Shown here: piece by piece, positions 44,875 to 55,086 of the stretch
Position numbering within the stretch: position 1 is the first letter of the stretch
How the letters are laid out: every line of letters begins with the position of its first letter
Assembly (NCBI GenBank): GCA_019750255.1
Contig: JAIEOU010000009.1
Span: 5,497 to 69,496 of the forward strand
Reading direction: 5' to 3'
Source: Patescibacteria group bacterium
GTDB lineage: Bacteria > Patescibacteriota > Minisyncoccia > Phycocordibacterales > UBA918
DNA: 64,000 bases
Notes under the pieces: generated by a model
Told to the model about the DNA's origin: nothing
What the model saw: the letters and a program-made list of their open reading frames with translations, nothing else
The model's database searches: none
Position numbers and translations under genes: made by a program

Positions 44875-45510
44875 CTACGCAAAGGCCAGGAAGTACGCCA
44901 TAAGCTGGGTCAGGTAAGCCAGTGGCTCGCCCAAAAACATGACAAACACCAAAATAACGACACCGAATGAGAGCATGACGTTGTGCTCCATCACGCGACG
45001 AAGACTCTCATACCGCACGGATAAAGCATATGGCAAAAGGCGCGGGAGGATTTTTGACCCATCAAGTGGCGGAATCGGTATCATGTTAAAGAGTGCCAAA
45101 AAGATGTTTAGGGCAATGATGCCAATAGCCAACTCTACGAAACTGGCCGATAAACCAAGTACGTCCGCACTTCGAATCAGACCAGCAAAAATAAGTGCTA
45201 TCACTATATTAGAGAGTGGCCCAGCCACCGCCACAATGGCCTCGCCCCAGCGCTGATTGCGGAAGTTGTACGGGTTATAGGGTACGGGCTTGGCAGCTCC
45301 AAACAGGATGGGCGATCCGCTCAAAATGAGGAGGCCGGGAATAATGACCGACATGAGAGGGTCAAGGTGTACGAGGGGATTAGGGGAAAGGCGACCGGCG
45401 AGCCTAGCTGTTGGGTCACCAAGCCAGTTGGCAGCATGACCATGCGCCATTTCGTGAATAACTACGGAAAGGATAAGGGCAATGATGAGAGCAATCTGTT
45501 GTGGTTCCAT
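44875..45510 (-). CDS. Site-2 protease (peptidase M50)
   Basis: HEMAH, AGPLSN, NMIPIPPLDG. Confidence 0.93.
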   Translation of the reverse strand: MEPQQIALIIALILSVVIHEMAHGHAANWLGDPTARLAGRLSPNPLVHLDPLMSVIIPGLLILSGSPILFGAAKPVPYNPYNFRNQRWGEAIVAVAGPLSNIVIALIFAGLIRSADVLGLSASFVELAIGIIALNIFLALFNMIPIPPLDGSKILPRLLPYALSVRYESLRRVMEHNVMLSFGVVILVFVMFLGEPLAYLTQLMAYFLAFA

Positions 45511-45587
45511 AGTGCTTTGTATACTACGTAAGCTCTCTTGCAATATCAAGCGCGCGTGGTAGTATAGCCCCACTAAAACAATCCTTT

Positions 45588-45830
45588 ATGGCAAAGCAAT
45601 GCGACATCACCGGAAAGAAGACACAAATCGGCGGCGGCTATAGTAACCGTACTCGTGCTACCCAATTTAACCCTGTAGGCAAAGTACGTCGCTCACCGAA
45701 CCTCCAGAAGAAGCGAATCTACGTACCAGAGCTCGGCAAGACCGTTACTGTAAAGGTATCGACGAAGGGTCTCCGCACGGTTGCGAAGAACGGCGCCTAC
45801 CAGACACTGAAGAAGGCGAAACTTATCTAG
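45588..45830 (+). CDS. rpmB: 50S ribosomal protein L28
   Basis: MAKQCDITGK, PNLQKKR, VSTKGLRT. Confidence 0.95.
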   Translation: MAKQCDITGKKTQIGGGYSNRTRATQFNPVGKVRRSPNLQKKRIYVPELGKTVTVKVSTKGLRTVAKNGAYQTLKKAKLI

Positions 45831-45918
45831 AAACAAGAAAAACAGCGGCCGGTCCCTAGGGACCGGCCGCTGTTTTTTATACTTCATTCTGATCAGCTGC
45901 TTTGGTGCGTAAAATATT

Positions 45919-46506
45919 CTAGCTACCTGATGGCGCTGCTTGGGCAGTCCCGCTACCCACACCTTGTGCAGTTATTCCTAAACTCTGTTCACTTATGAGC
46001 TTCGGTGAAGAGTTACGGGCAGCCAATAAATCTCTTACCTGAGTCGCGAGATCAATGACGTGTTTCTTTAACTCATCATCATTACTGGTCGACACACCCA
46101 GCACGCTCGTTTTCACTGCTCGAGTGCTCGAGGCCTTTTCTTTCAATTTTTCTCGCTTATCAATGCTACCCCGAGTAGAACTTGCTGTACCCTCTGCCGC
46201 TTTCAGACGCTGTAAAAGTCCCTCGTAGCGTTCAACATGTTTCTTGAGCTCGGCTATCCGCCGCTCTACCTGTTTGATCTTCATGGCGACGGCGCGCTTA
46301 TCGCGCATATTTGTCCCTTTTTCAACAAAGGCTTTGAGTTCTTTTTCAAGCTTTTCAGGAGCCACCGTCACGCTACTTGATGGTGTCGTAGTAGTAGCCT
46401 CCTCTGCATGCGCGAATGGTGCATACAAGGCCAGCACGAGTGCCGCGAATACTCCAGCAAAAAGTAATGACGGAAGTGTGACGGCCATGGTTCTAGCGTT
46501 GTTCAT
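45919..46506 (-). CDS. Secreted coiled-coil hypothetical protein
   Basis: Signal peptide ending AHA; two ASSTR motifs; SVLGVST. Confidence 0.7.
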   Translation of the reverse strand: MNNARTMAVTLPSLLFAGVFAALVLALYAPFAHAEEATTTTPSSSVTVAPEKLEKELKAFVEKGTNMRDKRAVAMKIKQVERRIAELKKHVERYEGLLQRLKAAEGTASSTRGSIDKREKLKEKASSTRAVKTSVLGVSTSNDDELKKHVIDLATQVRDLLAARNSSPKLISEQSLGITAQGVGSGTAQAAPSGS

Positions 46507-46624
46507 AGTAAAATTTATGTTGGTTATTAACGCAACAAAAATGACCCGTGTTGCTCGGGCCCTCCATGACTATGAATATACTCGTTTACAGACCAACACA
46601 AAAGCGCGCTCTGGGGATAAGCAC

Positions 46625-47512
46625 CTACGGTATCAACTGCACCGTCTTCCCATCACTTCGAAATACAAGTGTCCCCCTTTCGGCAGTGCTCACGAGGGAC
46701 GCACTCACCGCCTCAACTCGCTCTACCACCTCGCTGTGCGGATGACCGTAGTCGTTATCCTTTCCGGCGGACACGACCGCGTACCGAGGCGCTACCGTTT
46801 TCATAAAGATCTCACTCGATGAAGTGCGTGAACCATGATGTCCGAGTTTAAGCACATCACTCTCAAGAGTCGCACCATACCGCTCTACTAAATAGTGTTC
46901 CGTTCCCTCTCCAGCATCCCCCGTTAAAAGGAATTCGGTCTGGCCATACCGCAACAAAGCCACTATCGACGCCGCGTTACTCTCCCACTCTTTTGGGTTG
47001 GCTGCGGGAGAAAGAATGGTGAGCGTGGTCGATGCCCCTAACTGCCACACCTGCCCCGCCCGCGCGTACGTTACCTGTGCCCCTTCTGTTTCTACCGCCC
47101 GATTAAACGCTTCGGAGGGTGCGGTATCGTTTATATTTTCGGTACGAATAACCTGGGCGACCCGGTAGCGCGCAAGCACATCGACCAACCCCGCCACATG
47201 ATCCTTGTCGGGATGGGTCCCCACCACCACATCAATCGCTCGGTCGCCGATGCTCATTACGTCGCCAAGCGATCGCAAGACAGTTGCGTCCGGCCCACCA
47301 TCAATGAGCACCTGGATACCCTCAGGGGTCTCTATAAAAATCCCATCACCCTGCCCCACAGCTAAAAAGGCGACCGTTAACTCCCCTTCGGCGCCCGCAG
47401 ACCGCGCCACTCCTTGTGTAAACGGAAGCAGTGGCAACCACAGCAAAACCGTCACCGCCGCCACAATAGCCAGCCCAATCTTTCGCCTCCGCATAAACTG
47501 ATCTTCCATCAT
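46625..47512 (-). CDS. ComEC/Rec2-type metallo-beta-lactamase domain protein
   Basis: VGQGD, LIDGG, THPDKDH, LTGD, HHGSRTS, YGHPH. Confidence 0.9.
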   Translation of the reverse strand: MMEDQFMRRRKIGLAIVAAVTVLLWLPLLPFTQGVARSAGAEGELTVAFLAVGQGDGIFIETPEGIQVLIDGGPDATVLRSLGDVMSIGDRAIDVVVGTHPDKDHVAGLVDVLARYRVAQVIRTENINDTAPSEAFNRAVETEGAQVTYARAGQVWQLGASTTLTILSPAANPKEWESNAASIVALLRYGQTEFLLTGDAGEGTEHYLVERYGATLESDVLKLGHHGSRTSSSEIFMKTVAPRYAVVSAGKDNDYGHPHSEVVERVEAVSASLVSTAERGTLVFRSDGKTVQLIP

Positions 47513-47586
47513 TACATTCTAATACACGACAAAGCGGTAGCGTGATAGGATACGTAAACATTTAGCCACGTAAATACGAGACACTT

Positions 47587-48165
47587 ATGAAATACGAACC
47601 TTTAAATTTTGAAATTGGTGAGCTTGACGGTATCTCGAGCGAGACTGTTGCTGAACACCTTGGTCTCTACCAAGGCTACGTAAAGCACGTAAACCTCATT
47701 AGCGACAAAATCTCTGCCTTTGAGATGGACCTTGAAAACAACGCCTACCCCATTGCCGAAATGCAGCGTCGCTTGGGGTTTGAGTTTGGGGGAATGCGTA
47801 ACCACGAGTACTACTTCTCGCAGCTCGAGGGCGGCCCCAAAGAGCTCCCTGATGGCACCCTCAAAGAAAAACTGATGGCCGAGTGGGGAACGATTGAAGG
47901 GTTTATAGAAAAGTTTACCCGCCTCGCCCTCACGCGCGGCGTCGGCTGGGCCATGCTCTACCACGATCCGCACACCGACCAACTGGTAGCAGCCTGGGTG
48001 GACGAGCAACACCTTGGACAACTGGCCGACCTCGATATTGTCCTTGCGCTCGATATGTGGGAACACTCGTACATGCTTGATTACCCGCCAAGCAAAAAGA
48101 AGGAGTACGTCGCCGCCTTCTTTGCGAACTTAAACTGGGAGGTAGTGGCCGGACGGTTGGTGTAA
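47587..48165 (+). CDS. Fe/Mn superoxide dismutase
   Basis: H..LY.GYV, NHEYYF, GVGWA, DMWEHSY. Confidence 0.9.
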   Translation: MKYEPLNFEIGELDGISSETVAEHLGLYQGYVKHVNLISDKISAFEMDLENNAYPIAEMQRRLGFEFGGMRNHEYYFSQLEGGPKELPDGTLKEKLMAEWGTIEGFIEKFTRLALTRGVGWAMLYHDPHTDQLVAAWVDEQHLGQLADLDIVLALDMWEHSYMLDYPPSKKKEYVAAFFANLNWEVVAGRLV

Positions 48166-48202
48166 CATTTTGACTGATGTAAAAGCAGCCGTGTAACTCA
48201 CC

Positions 48203-49762
48203 TTACACGGCTGCTTTTCTTTTTTCTACCCGTGCCACCACAGCACTTTCCTCTTCAATTACCCAGTCCGAGTATTGCTTAGTATCCTCGGCTGTTATGT
48301 CCGTTTTCTCTATTCGAGTGAAACGGTACACCACATAGCCAAGTACCGCGTACGCCACAATCACCCACCCGAAAGAAAACTGTGGTACCGGTACCGCGGC
48401 GTAAGGAACCGTCGCAAACAGCTGAGCTGTTTCAATGATGTAGGTAAGCACCAGAGTGGTTGGGTAGGCACTTACGGTTGCTACCGCGGGAACTACGAGC
48501 GCAGCCACGCCAGTGATAAAGGTAAGCATCATGGCAAAGGGTACGGCTGGTAACACCAAGACGTTAACGAGAAGCGCAATTAGTGAAACCTCGCCGATGT
48601 GATAGAGCAAAAGTGGAGTCACCGCCACCTGAGCGGCCAGGGTAGCGATAAAAAACTGACGCGAACTCATCATCCACTTCCCCTCAACAAACAATGTTTC
48701 AAGTTGGGGCGCTACCAGAATAAGTCCGAGCGTTGCCAGAAATGAAAACTGAAAGCCAATATCATACATAAGAAGCCACGGATTCCACACGAGCATGAGC
48801 ACACCCGCAAAAAGAAGCCCACGCAGGATGATGTAGCCTCGGCCAAAGGCCTGGGCAATGAGCGCGAGGGCGGCCATGGTAGCTGCCCGCACTACGGTGG
48901 CCGACAGACCAACAAGCAGCGTAAAGAGCGCAAGCGCAAGCAAGGCCAATACCACCCGCGGGCGCGGTGTGAGCAGGAAACTTAACAGGACCGTCACAAA
49001 GGTAACCACAAGCGCCAGGTTATATCCCGAGAGCACCACAATATGAATAATGCCGGTGGTGCGAAACGCATCCTCAATCTCTTCACCGAGTGACTGCTTT
49101 ACCCCTAAAAGTAGACCGACCCCCAGCCCCAGCGCTGGCTCAGGAAGCACGCGGGCAAGCGCAGATATAAATGTCTCTTTGAAGGAGTAGAGTCCCGCCA
49201 ACACGGTATTGCCTTGGGCCGAATTCAGCACCACTACCTCGTCAGGGAAGCTCATGCGGTACTCTACGCCACGCGCGCGTAAGTAGCCGGGATAGTTAAA
49301 CGTTCGCCCGAGATCGGTGGTAAATGACTCAGGAACTAAGAGCTGGCCGGTGACCAACACACGGTCCCCGAATGCAATTGCTTCATACCGATCGGTGGTA
49401 ACCAAGATAAGATTGTCCCCCATTTTGATATAAACGTGCAACGACTGTTCGCGCCGCTCCGGCTCGCGCGCCACGACACCCTCTAGGGTTATTTTGTTCC
49501 CCACCGCGGCCACAAGTGGTGAAACCCCCAGCTGCGACCACGCGTAATCTGTACGTACAACCCCGAGCGAAAAACCAACCCCAGCAGCACAGATCAAAAG
49601 GAGCGCAGGAGAAGCACCGTAGCGTCGGATGATAACGAGAAGCGCTGCACCAATAACGACGAGGAGACCCGCGAAAGCCAACGGTACCGCCAGAACTGTC
49701 CGTAGCGCCACACCAAGAGTAAATGCGAGCACTGTCGTATAAAAAACCTGGACGGCCGCCAT
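48203..49762 (-). CDS. comEC: ComEC competence channel (DUF4131 plus Competence domain)
   Basis: TGIIHIVVLSGYN, VVRAATM, GFQFSFLAT. Confidence 0.93.
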   Translation of the reverse strand: MAAVQVFYTTVLAFTLGVALRTVLAVPLAFAGLLVVIGAALLVIIRRYGASPALLLICAAGVGFSLGVVRTDYAWSQLGVSPLVAAVGNKITLEGVVAREPERREQSLHVYIKMGDNLILVTTDRYEAIAFGDRVLVTGQLLVPESFTTDLGRTFNYPGYLRARGVEYRMSFPDEVVVLNSAQGNTVLAGLYSFKETFISALARVLPEPALGLGVGLLLGVKQSLGEEIEDAFRTTGIIHIVVLSGYNLALVVTFVTVLLSFLLTPRPRVVLALLALALFTLLVGLSATVVRAATMAALALIAQAFGRGYIILRGLLFAGVLMLVWNPWLLMYDIGFQFSFLATLGLILVAPQLETLFVEGKWMMSSRQFFIATLAAQVAVTPLLLYHIGEVSLIALLVNVLVLPAVPFAMMLTFITGVAALVVPAVATVSAYPTTLVLTYIIETAQLFATVPYAAVPVPQFSFGWVIVAYAVLGYVVYRFTRIEKTDITAEDTKQYSDWVIEEESAVVARVEKRKAAV

Positions 49763-49872
49763 ACGATAATTATAGGGGAAGTATATAAAGAAAGCGCCGG
49801 CCTTGCGCAAGTAAGCGCAAGGCCGGGTATGTTGGTCGGCATCTCACCGACTGGTACTAAGGGGAAGGCGTC

Positions 49873-49968
49873 TCAGTCCCACGAGACCTGCGTGTTGATA
49901 TCGCGATCAGGGTCAAAGACACCCTCGATGTTCTTTTGTTCTGAATCAAAATTGTTCCGAGCGGACAT
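49873..49968 (-). CDS. Candidate micro-protein (31 aa)
   Basis: MSARNNFDSEQKNIEGVFDPDRDINTQVSWD; GGAG SD; promoter TTGACG-N17-TAGTCT at 50066-50094; terminator about 49795-49825. Confidence 0.45.
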   Translation of the reverse strand: MSARNNFDSEQKNIEGVFDPDRDINTQVSWD

Positions 49969-50194
49969 ATTTGGCGCTCCAGCGGGTTGTCTCACAAAGC
50001 ACGTTTGATACATCTGCGTCGCCCGGTGGCGGCGTCGACGACAGCCTGTTCTTAGTGCTGCTTTCAGACTACAAGCCGCACCGCTATCCGTCAACTGATC
50101 CCCACTGCGCAAGCAAAAAACCACCCCGCAGGATGGCTCGTAGTGGAGGCGGCCACATGGCCGCCTCCCATCTTTTAGTAAGGTTCTGGTCAAC

Positions 50195-50374
50195 CTACAC
50201 GGGCTGGGTACCCGGAAGGTCCTTCATCTCGATGACACGGCCGCGGGGAATGATGCGCTTGTTCGCGCGACCGTTGGTCCCCACGACCACGATAGCGGCC
50301 TGGCCAGCCCTCCGCTTGGTCAGAGGCACACCCGTGCCCACCCTTCCGTCGCGCAGAATCACTTGCTTCTTCAA
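50195..50374 (-). CDS. Candidate small basic protein (59 aa, TTG start)
   Basis: MKKQVILRDGRVGTGVPLTKRRAGQAAIVVVG...; purine-rich GAGGGAAGG upstream; hairpin downstream. Confidence 0.45.
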   Translation of the reverse strand: MKKQVILRDGRVGTGVPLTKRRAGQAAIVVVGTNGRANKRIIPRGRVIEMKDLPGTQPV

Positions 50375-50449
50375 TGAAACTGATCCTTCCCTCGGTTTTC
50401 CCCAATACAGTATCGGGGAATAAGCCACGAAAAACAGTAGCAAGAGAAG

Positions 50450-50869
50450 CTACTTCCCGTCAAGGGCTTCATTCACCAGTCGATCGGCCTCCTTATTAAG
50501 CGCGCGTCGCACGTGGGTAAGCGTAAGGTGCGGGAAGTTGTCGACTCGTTCGTTATGAACCGCCAAGAATAGCGCCATGAGGCTTGGCTCTTTTACGCGA
50601 TACTCTCCGGTTATCTGCTTTTTCACCAGCTCACTATCAAGGCGCAATTCAAATTCCATAGTGGCAGTAGCCTCACCATAGAGTTGACGAAGAATATCGA
50701 GCGCGACAATCACCGCCTGGTACTCGGCATAGTTATTGGTGGCGTTTCCAATCGTCTGCTTATGCTCTCTTATCACTACGCCACTCGCGTCAGTGATGTA
50801 CACCCCAATCGCTGAGGGTCCGGGGTTTCCACGCGCGCCGCCGTCAGTATAGATGATTACTTTTTCCAT
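50450..50869 (-). CDS. rnhA: Ribonuclease HI
   Basis: YTDGGARGNPG, TNNYAEY, DSELV, NKEADRL. Confidence 0.93.
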   Translation of the reverse strand: MEKVIIYTDGGARGNPGPSAIGVYITDASGVVIREHKQTIGNATNNYAEYQAVIVALDILRQLYGEATATMEFELRLDSELVKKQITGEYRVKEPSLMALFLAVHNERVDNFPHLTLTHVRRALNKEADRLVNEALDGK

Positions 50870-50889
50870 AATTTAAAAGGTACCACGGG

Positions 50890-52560
50890 TTATGCTATCG
50901 CACCACCAGCCACATCTGTCGACAAGATATCTATAATCCGTAAGCGGACCTGCCGACGGTTCATGAAATACGATTCCTCAACATGGGCAAGGAGCGAGAT
51001 CGGTACACCGGCTTGTGGCCGCACAGTAAAGCTGTCAAGGCCAGCAAAAAACGCAATCGCTTCAAGAGTCCCGCGGTCACGCTGAAAGACGAGCTTAAGA
51101 TGATCTTTAGCTTTACCAAAGACTTCTACCTTTTCTGGTAGTACCTTTGAAAAGGAAAACAGGGGCTTTGGGTTACCGGTACCATAGGGCGCTAGAGTAC
51201 GGAGCATGGACACGAGCGAATCGTTAACCTCACCAAGAGTCAGGTCTGCCTCGGGTAGGCGATCTTGTTTTATAAGTACCGCCTCACCAAGCGCAGCGTA
51301 GTGTTCATTAAGTAGTTCACCGAAGGTAAAAATGTGTTCGTCTCGGACCGAGAAGCCTCCGGAAAAGTGGTGGCCCCCATGCTCGTGAAAGAGGTGCGCA
51401 GCGGCTTCCATGAGACGCACGACGCTCGCTCCTCCGCCTGACCGGCAAGAACCCTTGTAGACATCATTACCATCTCGCCCCCAGAGAAAAGCCGGCCGAC
51501 CATATTCCTCGGCGAGCTTATTCGCTGCGAGCCCTACGAGTGCCGGCCGCCAGTCAGGAGAACCGAATACCAGCACGGGCGGTAGCGGATCAGTATGTGA
51601 CTTGAGACGCTCGTGGATTTCGCGCGTCATCAATGCCACCGCCGCTTTGCGCTTTAGGTTCAGTTCTTCCAGATGATTGACCCGCACACCGGCATCAAGC
51701 TCATCGGTCGCCGCTAGCATATAAAAGGCCTCTTTTGGTTCACCCATACGCGAGGCGGCGTTAATCCGGGGTCCAATGGAAAAGCCAATATCATCTTCCG
51801 TCAAAAGTCGCTGGTCGAGTTTCTGCTTACGAAGAAGTTTTTGTAGTCCTGGTCGCCGAGACTTCCGGAGGACCATAAGGCCATAGTGTGCGAACACCCG
51901 ATTCTCACCAATGAGCGGCACCATATCAGCAATCGTGGCGATACCCACCATATCAAGCAGCCACTTCTCTTTTCCGGGAGGGAGTGCAAAGCCGCCACGA
52001 GCAATAATCGCCTGAACAAGCTTGAACACCACCGCACTGCCACACAGTTCGGTAAACGGATAGGTGCCAAGTTTTGGGTTTACGATCGCCACTGCCGCAG
52101 GCAACTCATGGCCAGGTTCATGATGGTCAGTAATAATCACATCAATACCAAGTAAGCGTGCGTGCGTTACCGCTTCACTATTTGTAGTTCCACAATCAAT
52201 CGTAATTACGAGGGCTGTGGAACTTTTGTGTAGGGTATCGATGGCGCTCGTAGACAGTCCAAATCCCTCGAAGTGTCGATGTGGAATATAGTTCTCAAAA
52301 TTAGTGTACCCAATCGCCACAAAAAAATCGTGGAGCACCACTGCACCTGGAATTCCGTCACAGTCATAATCACTAAATATTGCAATGTGCTCGTCGGCCG
52401 CTATAGCAGCCAGAATGCGCGCGACCGCTTTCTCCATATCATGAAGCAGAAACGGGTCGTGCAGGTGTTCGTCAAACAAAGGCGTAAGAAATCGCTCAAT
52501 GTCGGTCGGATCAGTAAGGTTGCGGTTCTTTAGGAGCGTATCAATAAGCGAGGAGGGCAT
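50890..52560 (-). CDS. recJ: ssDNA exonuclease RecJ
   Basis: DYDCDG, TIDCG, TDHH, PRINAASR, GGH, PYGTGNP. Confidence 0.95.
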   Translation of the reverse strand: MPSSLIDTLLKNRNLTDPTDIERFLTPLFDEHLHDPFLLHDMEKAVARILAAIAADEHIAIFSDYDCDGIPGAVVLHDFFVAIGYTNFENYIPHRHFEGFGLSTSAIDTLHKSSTALVITIDCGTTNSEAVTHARLLGIDVIITDHHEPGHELPAAVAIVNPKLGTYPFTELCGSAVVFKLVQAIIARGGFALPPGKEKWLLDMVGIATIADMVPLIGENRVFAHYGLMVLRKSRRPGLQKLLRKQKLDQRLLTEDDIGFSIGPRINAASRMGEPKEAFYMLAATDELDAGVRVNHLEELNLKRKAAVALMTREIHERLKSHTDPLPPVLVFGSPDWRPALVGLAANKLAEEYGRPAFLWGRDGNDVYKGSCRSGGGASVVRLMEAAAHLFHEHGGHHFSGGFSVRDEHIFTFGELLNEHYAALGEAVLIKQDRLPEADLTLGEVNDSLVSMLRTLAPYGTGNPKPLFSFSKVLPEKVEVFGKAKDHLKLVFQRDRGTLEAIAFFAGLDSFTVRPQAGVPISLLAHVEESYFMNRRQVRLRIIDILSTDVAGGAIA

Positions 52561-52608
52561 ACGCGAGTAGTGGTTGCTATGGTACCATGTCCCACATAAT
52601 TTTATTGT

Positions 52609-53010
52609 ATGACTACGATTTTTGAAAAAATTATCGCCCGTGAGGTACCGGCTGACATTATTTATGAAGATGATACGGTACTGGTATTTCTGGATATAAA
52701 GCCAGTCCATCTGGGACATGCCCTCGTTGTACCTAAGGTACCCTTTGTTAATATCTTTGATGGCGATTCAGAGGTGCTTGCGCACATGATGAAAGTTGCG
52801 ACTCAAGTAGGTCAGCGCCAACAGACGGTACTGGGGGCTCATGGCGTTAATTTTATTATGAACAACGGTGCTGCTGCCGGCCAAGAAGTTTTTCATGCTC
52901 ACCTCCACGTCATCCCTCGCTTTATGGGTGACAAGGTCTTTACACCCCCGACGCACGAAAACCTGACCCCCGAGGAGATTACCGCGGTGGCAGCAAGGCT
53001 ACAAATGTAA
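52609..53010 (+). CDS. HIT family hydrolase
   Basis: FHAHLHVIPR. Confidence 0.93.
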   Translation: MTTIFEKIIAREVPADIIYEDDTVLVFLDIKPVHLGHALVVPKVPFVNIFDGDSEVLAHMMKVATQVGQRQQTVLGAHGVNFIMNNGAAAGQEVFHAHLHVIPRFMGDKVFTPPTHENLTPEEITAVAARLQM

Positions 53011-53067
53011 CCTGACAAAAACAGCCGAGACACTAGTTCGTGTCTCGGCTGTTTTTGTAGAAATTTT

Positions 53068-54195
53068 TTACTTTTTCAATAGATCAATCGCTTCGGTACT
53101 CCCATGCTCGAGATACGTGAGCATCGCGCCACCACCAATGGAGACGAAGCCTAGATTGTCGTTAAGCCCAAGCTTTTCAATAGCCGCCACGGTATCGCCA
53201 CCACCTACCACCGAGAAAGCAGTCACCTCTGCAAGTGTCTGTGCAGTCAGCTCAGTGGTTTCAACAAAACCCGCTTCATAGTTTCCAAACGGCCCATTCC
53301 AGAGCACAGTCTTTGCCTGTTTCATCAACTCAACCAATTGCTCCATTGTTTTGGGTCCAGCATCCATAATTTTATCGGTACTTTGTACCGCATCAATGAA
53401 ACGCACCGCTCGCTCACCAGCGTCCGTCAACACCACCACATCAATCGGAATAATGAGTTTCGGATTATTAAGAAACGGAGCACCGACCAATGAAACATCA
53501 GAAACGAGAGAGGTTCCTACTTCGTATCCCCGAGCCTTCATGATGTCGTGCACAAGTGCGCCGCCGATAAATACCTGGTCATAATTAGCGAGGTACTTCT
53601 CCACCAATGGCATCTTCGTTTCAAACTTCGCCCCACCCAGAAGAAATAAAGAGGGGTGCTGCGGAACCATTGCTTTCGCGAGCTCGACCACCTCTTGTGC
53701 CAGCGTGATGCCAGCGTACGCCGGGAGTAGTGTTGCTACGCCCACAGTGGAGACGTGCGCACGATGCGCTTCAGCGAAACCATCATTTACATACACCTCA
53801 CCAAAGGACGCAATGAGAGACGCGAGCGTCACATCATTTTCTTCCTCTCGGCCGTCCTGTCGCAAATTTTCGCACAAGACAATATCACCATCGTTCATAG
53901 CATCATGCGTCGCACTAAATTCTGGCGCAGTGATTGGTCCGCCCCAAGTAAGGGGCAGCCGTGACTCTAGGGCTTTGAACACCGGATAGAGGGTTTCATC
54001 GTCCTTCCGGCCAATGTGAGAAATTACAATCGTCCGTGCTCCTTGTGCGCGTAAATACTCGAGCGTAGGCAGTGCGCGCAGCAGACGAAAGAGGTTGCGC
54101 GGTTTTCCCTCTTCAAGGGGGATATTAAACGAGGAGCGAACGATGACGTATTTCGATGCGAGGTCAGTGCGGGAAGTCAATAAGCGTAACTCCAT
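53068..54195 (-). CDS. pgk: Phosphoglycerate kinase
   Basis: SHIGR, ENLR, HRAH, GGAK, WNGP, GGGDT. Confidence 0.96.
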   Translation of the reverse strand: MELRLLTSRTDLASKYVIVRSSFNIPLEEGKPRNLFRLLRALPTLEYLRAQGARTIVISHIGRKDDETLYPVFKALESRLPLTWGGPITAPEFSATHDAMNDGDIVLCENLRQDGREEENDVTLASLIASFGEVYVNDGFAEAHRAHVSTVGVATLLPAYAGITLAQEVVELAKAMVPQHPSLFLLGGAKFETKMPLVEKYLANYDQVFIGGALVHDIMKARGYEVGTSLVSDVSLVGAPFLNNPKLIIPIDVVVLTDAGERAVRFIDAVQSTDKIMDAGPKTMEQLVELMKQAKTVLWNGPFGNYEAGFVETTELTAQTLAEVTAFSVVGGGDTVAAIEKLGLNDNLGFVSIGGGAMLTYLEHGSTEAIDLLKK

Positions 54196-54198
54196 AAA

Positions 54199-54960
54199 TT
54201 ATTTAGAGACTGAACGGACAATACTTATAAAATCATCCGGCTTGAGACTCGCGCCTCCAACCAGGAAGCCATGCATCCCGCCGCCCTCATGGAGCGCCTT
54301 CGCATTATCGGGCTTAACTGATCCTCCGTAAATAATACGTACCCGTTTTCCGGTGGGGCGATCGTAGAGTTTGGTGAGGACGGTAGTAATAAACAACTGC
54401 ATCTCCTTCACATCGTCTGGAGTCGCCGTCTTCCCGGTACCGATAGCCCAGATTGGCTCGTAAGCAATAACGACCTGTGCCATCTGACGCGCAGTGAGTC
54501 CGGTCGCCAAGGAACGGAGCTGGGCTTCCACAAAACCATAGAACTTTGCCTGACCGTCACGTTCACTCTCACCAATACACACGACGGGCACCAGCTTGCG
54601 TTTCAGTACAGCGTGGATTTTTTTATTGATAACCTCATCAGTTTCCCCTTTTGCGCGCCGTTCTGAATGTCCAATAATGACATGCGATACACCAAATGAA
54701 GCGAGCATCGTCGCCGAAACCTCGCCCGTATGCGCACCGCTCTCTTCATAAAATACATCCTGGGCCGCTACAGGAAGGCGACCGGCCGGTGATAGCCGCG
54801 TAAGGTCAGGAATAAATGGAAATGGTGGTGCTACGACGACGGTCACTGACTCATCCTTCTTTAGCTGCTTGCGGACAGCCAAGAACAAAGCCTTGGTTTC
54901 AGCACTGGTGGTCGGATTTAGCTTCCAATTGCCAATAACAAGCGGGGTTGGTGATGACAT
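54199..54960 (-). CDS. tpiA: Triosephosphate isomerase
   Basis: GNWK, GHSERR, AYEPIWAIGTG, YGGSV, LVGGASL. Confidence 0.97.
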   Translation of the reverse strand: MSSPTPLVIGNWKLNPTTSAETKALFLAVRKQLKKDESVTVVVAPPFPFIPDLTRLSPAGRLPVAAQDVFYEESGAHTGEVSATMLASFGVSHVIIGHSERRAKGETDEVINKKIHAVLKRKLVPVVCIGESERDGQAKFYGFVEAQLRSLATGLTARQMAQVVIAYEPIWAIGTGKTATPDDVKEMQLFITTVLTKLYDRPTGKRVRIIYGGSVKPDNAKALHEGGGMHGFLVGGASLKPDDFISIVRSVSK

Positions 54961-55086
54961 ACAGAACAATCTTAGCATGTCGATTCATCAACAATCAGCA
55001 CCTAAAGTCGATTTATTAATTAGCTACAAAACACCCTAGGTAAGACTAACTGAAGCAGGGGGTAGATTTATACGTACCATTTTAAA

